Positions 38,491-47,661 of a stretch of 64,000 nucleotides of DNA are shown piece after piece; the first letter of the stretch is position 1; every line of letters begins with the position of its first letter. The stretch comes from an uncultured Candidatus Saccharibacteria bacterium. Its GTDB lineage: Bacteria; Patescibacteriota; Minisyncoccia; Phycocordibacterales; JACOZG01. Both the position numbers and the translations under genes were made by a program. The stretch lies in the NCBI GenBank assembly GCA_964591715.1, contig CAZQDR010000004.1, positions 375-64,374 of the forward strand, in the 5' to 3' direction. The notes below the pieces were generated by a model. That model worked only from the letters and a program-made list of their open reading frames with translations. It searched no databases and was not told where the DNA came from.

Positions 38491-38636
38491 AGTCGCAGTG
38501 AGTGGAAGACTGTTCGGTTGATTATTCGACTTGGGGCGAGGGCCATATCCCTATCATCAGCTCAAGCCAAGTCATAAAAACCGGCCATTCATACCGCCCC
38601 GATCAACTGATCGGGGCGTTCTTATTGTTCTTAGTT

Positions 38637-39575
38637 TTATTGACTATAGACGAGCGTGGCGCGGATTTGATCGAACAATTTAAGCAGGGCTGGCTGATCA
38701 AATTTGGTAATCGTCCCAGCAGGGTAGTTCTCAAAGACGCTGTAGTGGACCAAGTAGCGAACGGCTAAGCAGGGATTAGTGTCGGGGAAAGCGTAAACGG
38801 TCTCCTCATAGCGATTACCAGCGCCGGCATTGCTGGAGCTGGCGACCGAATAATTTTGACCGGCTAGGGTTTCGATCACCGTTGGATGATTACCATCTAA
38901 AAATAGACTGGCGGAACAGCTGGCCGAAGCGGGCAGGGACTCAAGACTTAAGTAACTGTCGGCGCTCAAGTTAGTGCCGGTGGCCATGGTCTCGGGAATG
39001 GTGAATTTAACGCCAGCGATTTTGAGCGTGGGTGACGCTTGGTAGATATAGGACTCATCCACTTTAAAACTGTCGGGGTAACCCGCCGAACTTGAGGCGA
39101 CTAAGCTTGGGAAGCGAAGAGTGACACCGAGCGAACTGTTAGCGTAAATTTGAGAGAGATTGTCACTGGCGGCATTAGGTGAGACGGCGACGCAGCCAAT
39201 GTAACTCTTCTCGGTATTATTCTCCAGGACCAAGGCGCCATTACCCTTGCTCCAAAAGACGAAGGCCTCATCGGTAGTGGCGTAACGGGCGCCATCGGCG
39301 GAAATGGTTTGGGCCAGGGTGAGATTACGGCCGTCACTTAGGTTAAGCTCAACGTGACCACCGGAAACTGGGGGTTGGTCGCCAACGGCCAGAGTTGAGG
39401 ATCCCGCAAAATAGCTGGCGGTTAAAGTTTTACCAGCGTCACAAGCGTATTGGACGGTGATTAGGGGTTTGTCATTGGTTGCTACTGGTTCTGTAAAAAG
39501 GGGACGATAAGGACTAAACCAACCAATTAGCAGCACGACGACCACCAGCCCTAAAAGCAAGATAAATTTTTTCAT
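38637..39575 (-). CDS. MliC-domain (c-type lysozyme inhibitor) secreted protein
   Basis: YACDAG...ISADGARY...FWSKGNGA MliC signature after a signal/TM segment. Confidence 0.8.
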   Translation of the reverse strand: MKKFILLLGLVVVVLLIGWFSPYRPLFTEPVATNDKPLITVQYACDAGKTLTASYFAGSSTLAVGDQPPVSGGHVELNLSDGRNLTLAQTISADGARYATTDEAFVFWSKGNGALVLENNTEKSYIGCVAVSPNAASDNLSQIYANSSLGVTLRFPSLVASSSAGYPDSFKVDESYIYQASPTLKIAGVKFTIPETMATGTNLSADSYLSLESLPASASCSASLFLDGNHPTVIETLAGQNYSVASSSNAGAGNRYEETVYAFPDTNPCLAVRYLVHYSVFENYPAGTITKFDQPALLKLFDQIRATLVYSQ

Positions 39576-39588
39576 ATTTGATTTTGTT

Positions 39589-40002
39589 TTAATTTAAGAC
39601 TTTAACTGAATCGGTCACGGAGAGGATGCCCTTAATGGGGTAAATGCGCCAGTGGGTCGTGCTCAACATTTCCGTAGGCGTCAAAATACCTTTAACACTC
39701 AGACGGTCGCCCGTTTTGAAATTGGGTACCCCCTGGGAAACTAAATTGAAGTCGAGGGCATAATAATCACCGTTGTCGGTTTGGAGCCCTAAGGCGCACT
39801 CTAAGGTTTGGGGGCCGCTGGTGTCGCGATGCGGTAAGCACAAATAAGTACCAGTTAAGGTCGTGGGAGTTCGCACAATATCGCGCGGCTCGGGTTTGAC
39901 CGGCTGATTTTGCGCCGACCAGACCATTAGCCCAGCCAGAGCCAGAGCAATCACAATCAGAATAAATTCTCGTCGGTGGCGTTTGGATTGAAAAAAGCTC
40001 AT
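39589..40002 (-). CDS. Membrane-anchored hypothetical protein
   Basis: TM helix; CLPHRD.SGPQTLECA motif; co-oriented operon. Confidence 0.75.
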   Translation of the reverse strand: MSFFQSKRHRREFILIVIALALAGLMVWSAQNQPVKPEPRDIVRTPTTLTGTYLCLPHRDTSGPQTLECALGLQTDNGDYYALDFNLVSQGVPNFKTGDRLSVKGILTPTEMLSTTHWRIYPIKGILSVTDSVKVLN

Positions 40003-40004
40003 AG

Positions 40005-40256
40005 TTATTGATTATTTTCTTTACCCCACTGCCAGCGAGGGGCCTCACCTTTTTTGTAAGCCAGACGAATAAACATCCCAGTTAGAATAGCTACCGGGAG
40101 AATAAAGGTGAAGGCAATGTCTTGTGGGGTGGCTTTGTTATCGAGAGTAAAGGAAAAGGTGATTAATAAAAGCACGTAGATTGCCGTGGCTAACCAGCCC
40201 TGCCAAGTGACCGGCGTCCAGCCCCAACCATAAGTTTTGCGCTTAAACCAAATCAT
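40005..40256 (-). CDS. Small two-TM membrane protein
   Basis: WFKRKTYGWGWTPVTWQGW...GEAPRWQWG. Confidence 0.8.
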   Translation of the reverse strand: MIWFKRKTYGWGWTPVTWQGWLATAIYVLLLITFSFTLDNKATPQDIAFTFILPVAILTGMFIRLAYKKGEAPRWQWGKENNQ

Positions 40257-40265
40257 GGATAAGGA

Positions 40266-40721
40266 TTAGTTTTTACTCTCGGCGAGCGCCTTCAAATCTT
40301 GCAAGGCCTTAGGCCACATTTGACTGAACATTTCCTTGTGTTCGTCGGCAACATCAATGTCCACAACCAATTCGGTGCCGCCCGCCACTTCGTTGAAAGT
40401 GTAGTTCTCGTGCGCGGGTGTCCAGGCTTTAACCTTATCACTGGTGGTATCAATCACACCGTTTTCAATCATGCCCAGGTGTTCGATCGAGACAAACTCT
40501 GGGGGTCGGCTCTCTTTGATGCGACTATACATTCCGCCCTCCTTACCTTCAGCATCGGTACCAATGAATTTGATCTCGGCGCCCTCCTCCCAACTGCCTT
40601 CGTAACGGGAGCTGGGATCAAAAGCGTTCGTCCACTGCCGATAAGTCTCCTGATCAAGCATGGTGTGCCATACCTTCTCTCGGGGAGCGTCGATTTGAAT
40701 CGTAAATGTTATTTTTTGCAT
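40266..40721 (-). CDS. SRPBCC/AHSA1-domain protein
   Basis: IDAPREKVW, YRQW and WPKALQDLK motifs. Confidence 0.88.
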   Translation of the reverse strand: MQKITFTIQIDAPREKVWHTMLDQETYRQWTNAFDPSSRYEGSWEEGAEIKFIGTDAEGKEGGMYSRIKESRPPEFVSIEHLGMIENGVIDTTSDKVKAWTPAHENYTFNEVAGGTELVVDIDVADEHKEMFSQMWPKALQDLKALAESKN

Positions 40722-40769
40722 CCCGCCATTATACCAAACTTAGATTAAAAACCAGTGAGGCTAAAGTTG

Positions 40770-40840
40770 TTGCCGGACTTGGATTCGAACCAAGATACTC
40801 GCCTCCAAAGGGCGATGTCCTACCATTAGACGATCCGGCA
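40770..40840 (-). tRNA. tRNA-Gln(TTG)
   Basis: Acceptor stem TGCCGGA; anticodon arm TCGCC-CTTTGGA-GGCGA; GGTTCGAATCC. Confidence 0.94.
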
Positions 40841-40983
40841 ATTATCTGACAATGGTCACTTTATACCATGTTTGGCCCGCTTTAGTCTATTCGTTCTCTA
40901 ATCCTTTGACTAAGGTAAATAATTGTGGTAGTTCTTGAGTTGGGTTCGAAAATAATCATTAGATCCTTTCAGAAAGGGACAAC

Positions 40984-41415
40984 ATGACGCGAATTTCTAT
41001 TACGGTACAGTCCAGGCACGGATCCCACCAGTTTGAGGCGGAGATCCACGAACACGCGAATCTGGCCGACTTCCACCTTGACCCGGAAACTTTTTACCGC
41101 GAGTGGGGGAGCAAGGTGCCGGAATTGCCTCATCACGAAATTGAGATTGTCGTACCTGGCAGTGATTTCTTCTCGACGCGGGTGCTGCACATGCATCGAT
41201 CTCGCAAAAGCGAAGCACTGTTCGTTTGCTTCCCTCACCGCATCGCCACAATCGAAGCGGCTGGCCGAATTTTCCGGACCTGGTGTCTGGGTTCGGTGGC
41301 GACCATCGTGGAGGATGTTGATCTCAACACTCTTTACGCGGAGTGTGGCGTTCGCCTGGAAGTGGTCGTCGGTGAGCGCTATGGGATTATGATCCAACAC
41401 TTCGCCGTGGCGTAG
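40984..41415 (+). CDS. Hypothetical protein (accessory cassette)
   Basis: TTGACT promoter, AAAGGGA RBS, terminator at ~41446-41472. Confidence 0.65.
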   Translation: MTRISITVQSRHGSHQFEAEIHEHANLADFHLDPETFYREWGSKVPELPHHEIEIVVPGSDFFSTRVLHMHRSRKSEALFVCFPHRIATIEAAGRIFRTWCLGSVATIVEDVDLNTLYAECGVRLEVVVGERYGIMIQHFAVA

Positions 41416-41522
41416 ACTGGAGTAAACCTATCGATAATTTGTTTGGCTTGTGACGTTGTCACGGGCTTTTTTCTTGTCCAAAATTCCCCTGAGCAGCCTA
41501 TAGAAGTTTAAATAAGTCAGTC

Positions 41523-41565
41523 TTGACGAACTGATTCATAAGTACTAGTTTTTGAGTAGTACTTA
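41523..41565 (+). promoter_or_regulatory. Promoter with an overlapping 9-bp inverted repeat (operator-like)
   Basis: TTGACG-N17-TAGTTT; TAAGTACTA-N9-TAGTACTTA at 41539-41565. Confidence 0.55.
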
Positions 41566-41604
41566 GTGTCAATGTTTAGTCCTTTAACTGTTAAGGGGGC
41601 CAAA

Positions 41605-42252
41605 ATGCTAGTAATTTCCCGATGCTTGAACGCGGGCATCAGAATCGGGGAAGACACCGAAGTTAAGGTGCTGCGACTGGGAACTCGCCGGGTGACGCTT
41701 GGGGTGGAGTGTCCCCCTGGGATACCAGTTTTCCGCAGCGAAGTAGCGCCGGAAATGTCGTCACCAGAGTCGCAAGCCCCGCCGCTAGACATCCGGGTTT
41801 TGATTGTTGAGGACATCCCCGTGCACGGACTTTTGATCGAGCGAAGCTTGTGCAAAAAGGGAGTCAGCCAGATTGAGAAGGTGACAAGCGCTGAAGATGC
41901 GATCAGGCTTCTGGAATCAATTCAGCAGAAGGAGCTGACACGGCCCGATTTGGTTTTGCTTGACCTTGGTTTACCGGGCGTGTCCGGCCTTGAGGTGCTC
42001 AAGAAGATCAGATCAGCGTTCGGTTGGGAAATCGCGGTGGTGGTTCTGACCTGCAGTAACCTCGCCGAGGATTACCGCCAGGCTATGGCGGCGGGTGCCA
42101 ACGCTTTCGTCTCCAAGGGCGAGAGTTACGAAGCTTTTAGACAGCAGCTTTTGTCGATCATCAACTTTTGGGGTAAGGTGGCCTATCGCTTTCGGTATGG
42201 CTTGGGCTCGGCGCGCGCCGAGCCTTTTTTGATCAGTGCGGAGCGCTGGTAA
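41605..42252 (+). CDS. CsrA-domain / response-regulator receiver fusion protein
   Basis: N-terminal MLVISR...IRIGEDTEVKVL.....VTLGVECPPGIPVFRSEV matches CsrA; C-terminal VLIVED...PDLVLLDLGLP...VVVLT...AFVSK matches REC; AAGGGGG RBS. Confidence 0.85.
   Translation: MLVISRCLNAGIRIGEDTEVKVLRLGTRRVTLGVECPPGIPVFRSEVAPEMSSPESQAPPLDIRVLIVEDIPVHGLLIERSLCKKGVSQIEKVTSAEDAIRLLESIQQKELTRPDLVLLDLGLPGVSGLEVLKKIRSAFGWEIAVVVLTCSNLAEDYRQAMAAGANAFVSKGESYEAFRQQLLSIINFWGKVAYRFRYGLGSARAEPFLISAERW
42205..42230 (+). terminator. Intrinsic terminator located inside the 3' end of the CsrA-REC ORF
   Basis: GGCTCGGC-gcgc-GCCGAGCC followed by T6. Confidence 0.75.
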
Positions 42253-42273
42253 ATTTGGTAAAATATTAGTCAT

Positions 42274-43185
42274 ATGCAAATCGCAATCTTTGGTTTAGGA
42301 CGTATGGGTGGGCAGATTGCCCGCCGGCTGAAGCATAATAATTTTAACGTGGTGGCCTGGAACCGTAGCCCAGAGCCGGTGGCGGCGTTTAAACAATTTG
42401 GCGGCTGGGCTTCCGGTGATTTGGCGGCCGTCGTGGGTGAGCTTAAGGAGAGCTCGCGAATTTTTTGGGTCATGTTGCCTCAAGGTTTGGTGGATGATTT
42501 TATTCTCGGTCCCGATCAACTCGGACCCCATTTAAAGGCGGGCGACATTGTGATTGACGGCGGTAATTCATTTTATAAAGACAGCCAACGTCGCGGCCAA
42601 GAATTAAAAAAGAAGGGGATTCACTTTTTTGACTGCGGGACATCTGGTGGTGTTTGGGGTGAGGCGAACGGTTTTGCTCTGATGGTTGGCGGACCGAAGG
42701 ACGAGTGGCCCAAGATCGAACCATTCATAAAGGCGCTGTCCGCCGGCGATAATTATGCCTGGGTCGGCGAGAGTGGTGCTGGTCACTTTGTTAAAATGGT
42801 CCACAACGGTATTGAGTACGGCATGATGGAGGCGATTGCGGAGGGTTACGCTGTCTTGGAGGCCAGCCCATTTAAATTAAATCTAAAGGATGTGACGCGG
42901 GTTTATCAGCAAGGTTCGGTTATCCGGAGTTGGCTGGTTGATCTCTGTCGCAATATTTTTGAGAGCGAGGATGTAGTCGCGACTAGTGGCAAAATTGATG
43001 CCACGGGCGAGGGGGAGTGGACGGTTAACGCTGGCCGTGAGTTTGGTGTTGATGTGCGGGTAATTGCCGACGCCCTGGAGGTGCGTCGTGAGTCAGCGGA
43101 GGCGAAAAACCAAACTAAATTTTCCAATAAAATCGTCGCGCTGTTGCGCAAACAATTTGGCGGTCATGCGATTCATAAGGAGTAA
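42274..43185 (+). CDS. gnd: 6-phosphogluconate dehydrogenase (short decarboxylating form)
   Basis: GLGRMG, IDGGNS, GTSGG and GHFVKMVHNGIEYG motifs. Confidence 0.93.
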   Translation: MQIAIFGLGRMGGQIARRLKHNNFNVVAWNRSPEPVAAFKQFGGWASGDLAAVVGELKESSRIFWVMLPQGLVDDFILGPDQLGPHLKAGDIVIDGGNSFYKDSQRRGQELKKKGIHFFDCGTSGGVWGEANGFALMVGGPKDEWPKIEPFIKALSAGDNYAWVGESGAGHFVKMVHNGIEYGMMEAIAEGYAVLEASPFKLNLKDVTRVYQQGSVIRSWLVDLCRNIFESEDVVATSGKIDATGEGEWTVNAGREFGVDVRVIADALEVRRESAEAKNQTKFSNKIVALLRKQFGGHAIHKE

Positions 43186-43831
43186 CGATCCCAGCTTGGG
43201 TGAGGCCGCGCTCGCTCACCGTCTCAAAATGTCTCTGGCCGCGGGCGAGCACGTTTTATGGCTGGTCTCTGGCGGCTCCAACATTGCCACTTCGGTAGCG
43301 GTTATGGCGGAGCTACAGCGGGATTTGCCGGCGGCGCTACCGCGCCTAACGGTCATGCTCACGGATGAGCGTTTTGGTCCCGTGGGACACGCTGACTCCA
43401 ATTGGCAACAACTAATCGAGACTGGTTTTAATTTTGAGAAAGTTTTAGCGATTCCGGTCTTGCTAGGCTCACCGCTTGAGGTTACGGTCGAGAAGTATGC
43501 CGAAGAAGTTGCCAAAAATTTTTCGGCTGCGGATGTGGTTATTGCCCAGTTTGGTATTGGGGCCGATGGTCATATTGGCGGTGTCTTACCGCATTCTCCT
43601 GCAACCGAAAGTTCAGCTTTAGTGGCCGGTTATGAGGCGGGCCCCTTTACTAGGATTACGCTGACGCCGGTTGCGCTTGGTCGAGTTGATATTGCCTTTG
43701 CCTTAGCGTTTGGCGAAAGCAAAAAAGTGGCTTTAGCTAATTTACAAAATCACGACGCGTCGCTTACCGCCGAGCCCTGCCAAATTTTAAAACAACTACC
43801 CGAGGCTTATCTTTTTACGGATCAGTCTTAA
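43166..43831 (+). CDS. pgl: 6-phosphogluconolactonase-like protein
   Basis: SGGS, DERF....HADSN, GIGADGH and RITLT motifs. Confidence 0.8.
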   Translation: MRFIRSNDPSLGEAALAHRLKMSLAAGEHVLWLVSGGSNIATSVAVMAELQRDLPAALPRLTVMLTDERFGPVGHADSNWQQLIETGFNFEKVLAIPVLLGSPLEVTVEKYAEEVAKNFSAADVVIAQFGIGADGHIGGVLPHSPATESSALVAGYEAGPFTRITLTPVALGRVDIAFALAFGESKKVALANLQNHDASLTAEPCQILKQLPEAYLFTDQS

Positions 43832-43932
43832 TCAAAACTTAATGTCGCGCCAGCTTATAATGAGGTAGACCTATTGTTCTTTTGTGTGCTCTTTCACAAC
43901 TTAACTAGTTATCTGGGCCAAGGAGGAAACCC

Positions 43933-45219
43933 ATGCCCCTACCACCGCTGTTTACCGGCATTGAGAGTACTCGAATTTGTGGATCATCGGCTGGTGCAGA
44001 GCCCGTCGATGTCATGGATCTGACTGGGCATACCAAATGCTATCAGGAGGATTTGTCTCTGGTTAGAGCGTCGCATATTAGCTTAATTCGCTGTCCGATT
44101 CGTTGGCACGAGATTGAGCGCTGTCGGGGCACTTTTGACTGGACCTTTACCGATGGCTATCTCAAGTGTCTACGGGATCTGGGGATTGAGCCGATCGTTG
44201 ATCTGCTCCACCACACCAGTTTTCCCGACTGGCTTGGTGACGGCTTTCGCGATCAAAGTTTCGTCTCATCATTCGTCGGCTTCTACCGAGCATTCCAGGA
44301 GCGCTATCCTTGGGTACGCAAGTACACGCCCATCAATGAGCCGTTCGTGACCGCCTTTTTCTGTGGCTACACGGGGGACTGGTATCCTCACGGTGAAAGC
44401 CAAGAGGATTTTGTTCAGATTCTGCGGAATTTTGCGGAGGCCTACTGCCTCATTGCGTCGCTGGTGAAAGCGGCTGGCGGTGAGATTGTCCACGTTGATA
44501 GCTGTGAGCATCATCTGGCGGTCGATGGCCAATCAGAGAGATTTGTTGCCGAGCGCAATGAACTTAGGTTCATTTTTGCGGACCTGGTGCTGGGACGACT
44601 TTTGCCCGGGGATTTCAATTACGAGTACCTGGCCGAAGTTCTCCCGGTGGAACAATTGGCTTGGTTTCAAAACCATGCCGCGACCATTGATGTTTTTGGT
44701 CTCGACTTCTATGCTCACAGCCAGATCTGCTGGGCCAAGGGTGGGACTAAACGGGTCGCCCTGACCGAACCGTGGGGCTTTGCGCGAATTGCTACGGGCT
44801 ACTACGAGCGTTACGGCTTGCCGTTAATGCTGTCCGAGACGAATATTCGGGATCCGCATACGGACACCCAAGCAGTTCGCCTGATTTGGTTGCGCCATAT
44901 GCTGGAGGAGTGCGAGCGGCTGACCATTAAGGGCATTCCTTTGCGGGGGTTTTGTTGGTTTCCCTGGATCGATACGGTGGGCTGGAGTGGTTTGGTGACC
45001 GAGGTGACAGATGTGGTTGACCCACAGGGTATCATTAGCTTGAGTCGCCGGTCTACTGGCGAGCTTGAGCTGCAGCGGCACACTACGACGCTAACGGAAC
45101 TTTTTGGCCGCTTAGCTCGAGGAGAACTCCAATCCTCGAGAGACATTCCGGTGCCAAACTTAAACCTGGCGGATTACGGAGACGCAGCGCCGTACGCTTG
45201 CCGGATGGCCCACTGGTAA
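43933..45219 (+). CDS. Glycoside hydrolase family 1-like protein
   Basis: W.EIE...G.FDW, DLLHH, INEP (acid/base) and LSET (nucleophile) motifs; AAGGAGG RBS. Confidence 0.85.
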   Translation: MPLPPLFTGIESTRICGSSAGAEPVDVMDLTGHTKCYQEDLSLVRASHISLIRCPIRWHEIERCRGTFDWTFTDGYLKCLRDLGIEPIVDLLHHTSFPDWLGDGFRDQSFVSSFVGFYRAFQERYPWVRKYTPINEPFVTAFFCGYTGDWYPHGESQEDFVQILRNFAEAYCLIASLVKAAGGEIVHVDSCEHHLAVDGQSERFVAERNELRFIFADLVLGRLLPGDFNYEYLAEVLPVEQLAWFQNHAATIDVFGLDFYAHSQICWAKGGTKRVALTEPWGFARIATGYYERYGLPLMLSETNIRDPHTDTQAVRLIWLRHMLEECERLTIKGIPLRGFCWFPWIDTVGWSGLVTEVTDVVDPQGIISLSRRSTGELELQRHTTTLTELFGRLARGELQSSRDIPVPNLNLADYGDAAPYACRMAHW

Positions 45220-45291
45220 CTAAGGAGAGAGAAATGAAACGAGACAAACCCCAGCACGACGCCGGGGTTTTATTTTGTTACACTAAAAGTA

Positions 45292-46383
45292 ATGAAGCAG
45301 GCGTGGCAGCAGCTTAAAAGTTTGTATTGGCGTTACGAGCGGCATCTCTCATCAGTCTCTCTTTTAGCCGGTTTCGTTTTTGATGCGGTGGCCTTGAAAC
45401 GTGTCGATTTGTTTATTGAAAATTTTTGGATTATCGTTCACTTGTTAATGGCGGCCGTCGGTATTATTTTGCTAAATCTTTACGAGAACCGTCGTCCTGG
45501 TACTTGGCGGACCAGCGTCGTTCACTTTTGGCTGGTAATTCTGATTCAGTTCGCCTTTGGTGGGTTGTTCTCCACCTTTCTCGTCTTCTACTTCCGCAGT
45601 GCAACCTTGGCGGTTAGCTGGCCTTTCTTGGCGCTCTTGGCTGGCTGTTTGATCGCCAACGAATTATTTAAGGAGCACTATATCCGGCTGGTCTATCAGG
45701 TTTTTATTTTCTTTCTTTCGCTATTTTCTTTTGCCATTTATTTTGTGCCCGTGGTTCTGCACAAAATTGGACCGGCGATCTTCGTTTTGAGCGGCTTATT
45801 TAGTCTACTGGGTTTGGCTTTATTTTTGTGGCTACTTTCAGTTATTGCTAAAGAGCGTTTTAAAAAGAGTCGGCGTTTGTTGTGGTTTAGTTTGGGTGGC
45901 GTTTATCTTTTGGTTAATCTGCTTTATTTTACTAATCTAATTCCGCCGCTCCCACTAGCCTTGAAGGATGCCGGCGTTTATCACTCGCTTGAGCGTAGTC
46001 GGGCGGGGGATTACATTGTGGAAGCCGAGCCCAGCGACTGGCGTAATTACTTTAAACTAAATCAGCCATTTACGACGACTGGGCCGGGGACGGTTTACGC
46101 CTTTAGTGCCATTTTTTCACCGACTAAATTGGATATTTCGATTGTTCACGATTGGCAGCATTTCAATGAGACGACCCGTAGCTGGCAAACCATCAGCCGG
46201 GTAACTTTGCCGATTGTGGGCGGCCGCGAGGAGGGTTATCGAACGTACTCCACTTATAACCAGCTTAGCGCCGGCCACTGGCGAATTAACGTGACGACTG
46301 GTCGGGGCCAGGTGCTTGGACGAATCCGCCTCTTGGTCACGAAAGCGCCCACTTTGCCGGCGCTGGTTCGCGAGACTCACTAG
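45292..46383 (+). CDS. DUF2914-like membrane protein
   Basis: About 7 TM helices, then IPPLPL and a C-terminal GGREEGYRTYS...GHWRINV beta domain. Confidence 0.75.
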   Translation: MKQAWQQLKSLYWRYERHLSSVSLLAGFVFDAVALKRVDLFIENFWIIVHLLMAAVGIILLNLYENRRPGTWRTSVVHFWLVILIQFAFGGLFSTFLVFYFRSATLAVSWPFLALLAGCLIANELFKEHYIRLVYQVFIFFLSLFSFAIYFVPVVLHKIGPAIFVLSGLFSLLGLALFLWLLSVIAKERFKKSRRLLWFSLGGVYLLVNLLYFTNLIPPLPLALKDAGVYHSLERSRAGDYIVEAEPSDWRNYFKLNQPFTTTGPGTVYAFSAIFSPTKLDISIVHDWQHFNETTRSWQTISRVTLPIVGGREEGYRTYSTYNQLSAGHWRINVTTGRGQVLGRIRLLVTKAPTLPALVRETH

Positions 46384-46482
46384 CGAGGCTAATTGACAAA
46401 AACAGCCATAAATGCTAGCCTGTTGGGGTAAGTTTCCTCTCGTGTTTTTAATTAATCGGGGCGCCTTACATCATCAATTCTA

Positions 46483-47661
46483 ATGTTTAAACGATATCCG
46501 CCCCGTGGGCGTTCATTTAGTGCTTCGCGTTCTCGACCTAGCCGCTCCGGTGGCCGGAGTCAGCATATTGACGTGTCCAAATTTATAAATAAAGCCGTCG
46601 TTACTGAAACGGCGCCTTTCGTGCCTCAACACTCTTTTGCCGACTTTGCGATTGACGAACGACTGAAGAAAAATATTATTACCCAACGCTATACTCAGCC
46701 AACGCCAATTCAGGACAAGGCGATCCCTCATGTCTTGCAGGGCGCTGATGTGGTGGGTATTGCTAACACGGGTACCGGAAAAACGGCCGCCTTTTTGGTG
46801 CCGCTTTTGCATAAGGTTTTAACCGATCAACAGCAAAATATTCTCGTCGTGGTGCCGACTCGTGAATTAGCCATCCAGATTAATCAGGAGCTAGTTAAGT
46901 TTAGTTATGGTCTTGGGATTTGGTCCGTCTGTGCCGTAGGTGGCGCGCCGATCGGCCGTCAGATTTACGACCTCCGTGGTCGCCACAACTTCGTGATTGG
47001 TACGCCGGGCCGACTTAAAGATTTAATTGAGCGCAAGTGTTTATCCTTAGCTCGCTTCAAGACGATCGTCTTAGATGAAGCTGATCGGATGCTCGATATG
47101 GGTTTTATTCAAGATATGCGCTTTTTGGTGGCGGGTATGCCACCCGAGCGCCAGACGCTCTTCTTTACCGCTACTATGTCCCACGATATCGAGCGCTTGA
47201 TTAAGGAGTTTCTTAAAAATCACGTCACGATCTCCGTTAAGACGGGCGATACCTCCAAGAACGTTGACCAAGACGTTGTGCGACTCATTCGCGGCGACGC
47301 TAAGATTGAGGTGCTTCACGAAATGTTAAACAAGCCTGAGTTCTTAAAGGTTTTAATTTTCGGCAAAACTAAGCACGGCGTTGAGCGTCTCTCTCAAACT
47401 CTAATTGATCGTGGTTTCAAAGCGGCTTCAATTCATGGTGACAAAAATCATTCGCATCGTCAGCGCGCACTTAAAGCGTTTAAAGACAGTGAAGCCAAGA
47501 TCTTAGTGGCTACCGACGTGGCAGCTCGCGGTTTAGATATCCCTGATGTTAGTCACGTCATTAACTATGATTTGCCTGCCACCTTCGACGATTACATCCA
47601 CCGCATCGGCCGAACGGGTCGCGGCAACAAGAAGGGTAAAGCTTTGACGTTTATTGACTAA
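46483..47661 (+). CDS. DEAD-box RNA helicase
   Basis: TPIQ, TGTGKT, PTRELA, DEAD and HRIGRTGR motifs. Confidence 0.95.
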   Translation: MFKRYPPRGRSFSASRSRPSRSGGRSQHIDVSKFINKAVVTETAPFVPQHSFADFAIDERLKKNIITQRYTQPTPIQDKAIPHVLQGADVVGIANTGTGKTAAFLVPLLHKVLTDQQQNILVVVPTRELAIQINQELVKFSYGLGIWSVCAVGGAPIGRQIYDLRGRHNFVIGTPGRLKDLIERKCLSLARFKTIVLDEADRMLDMGFIQDMRFLVAGMPPERQTLFFTATMSHDIERLIKEFLKNHVTISVKTGDTSKNVDQDVVRLIRGDAKIEVLHEMLNKPEFLKVLIFGKTKHGVERLSQTLIDRGFKAASIHGDKNHSHRQRALKAFKDSEAKILVATDVAARGLDIPDVSHVINYDLPATFDDYIHRIGRTGRGNKKGKALTFID

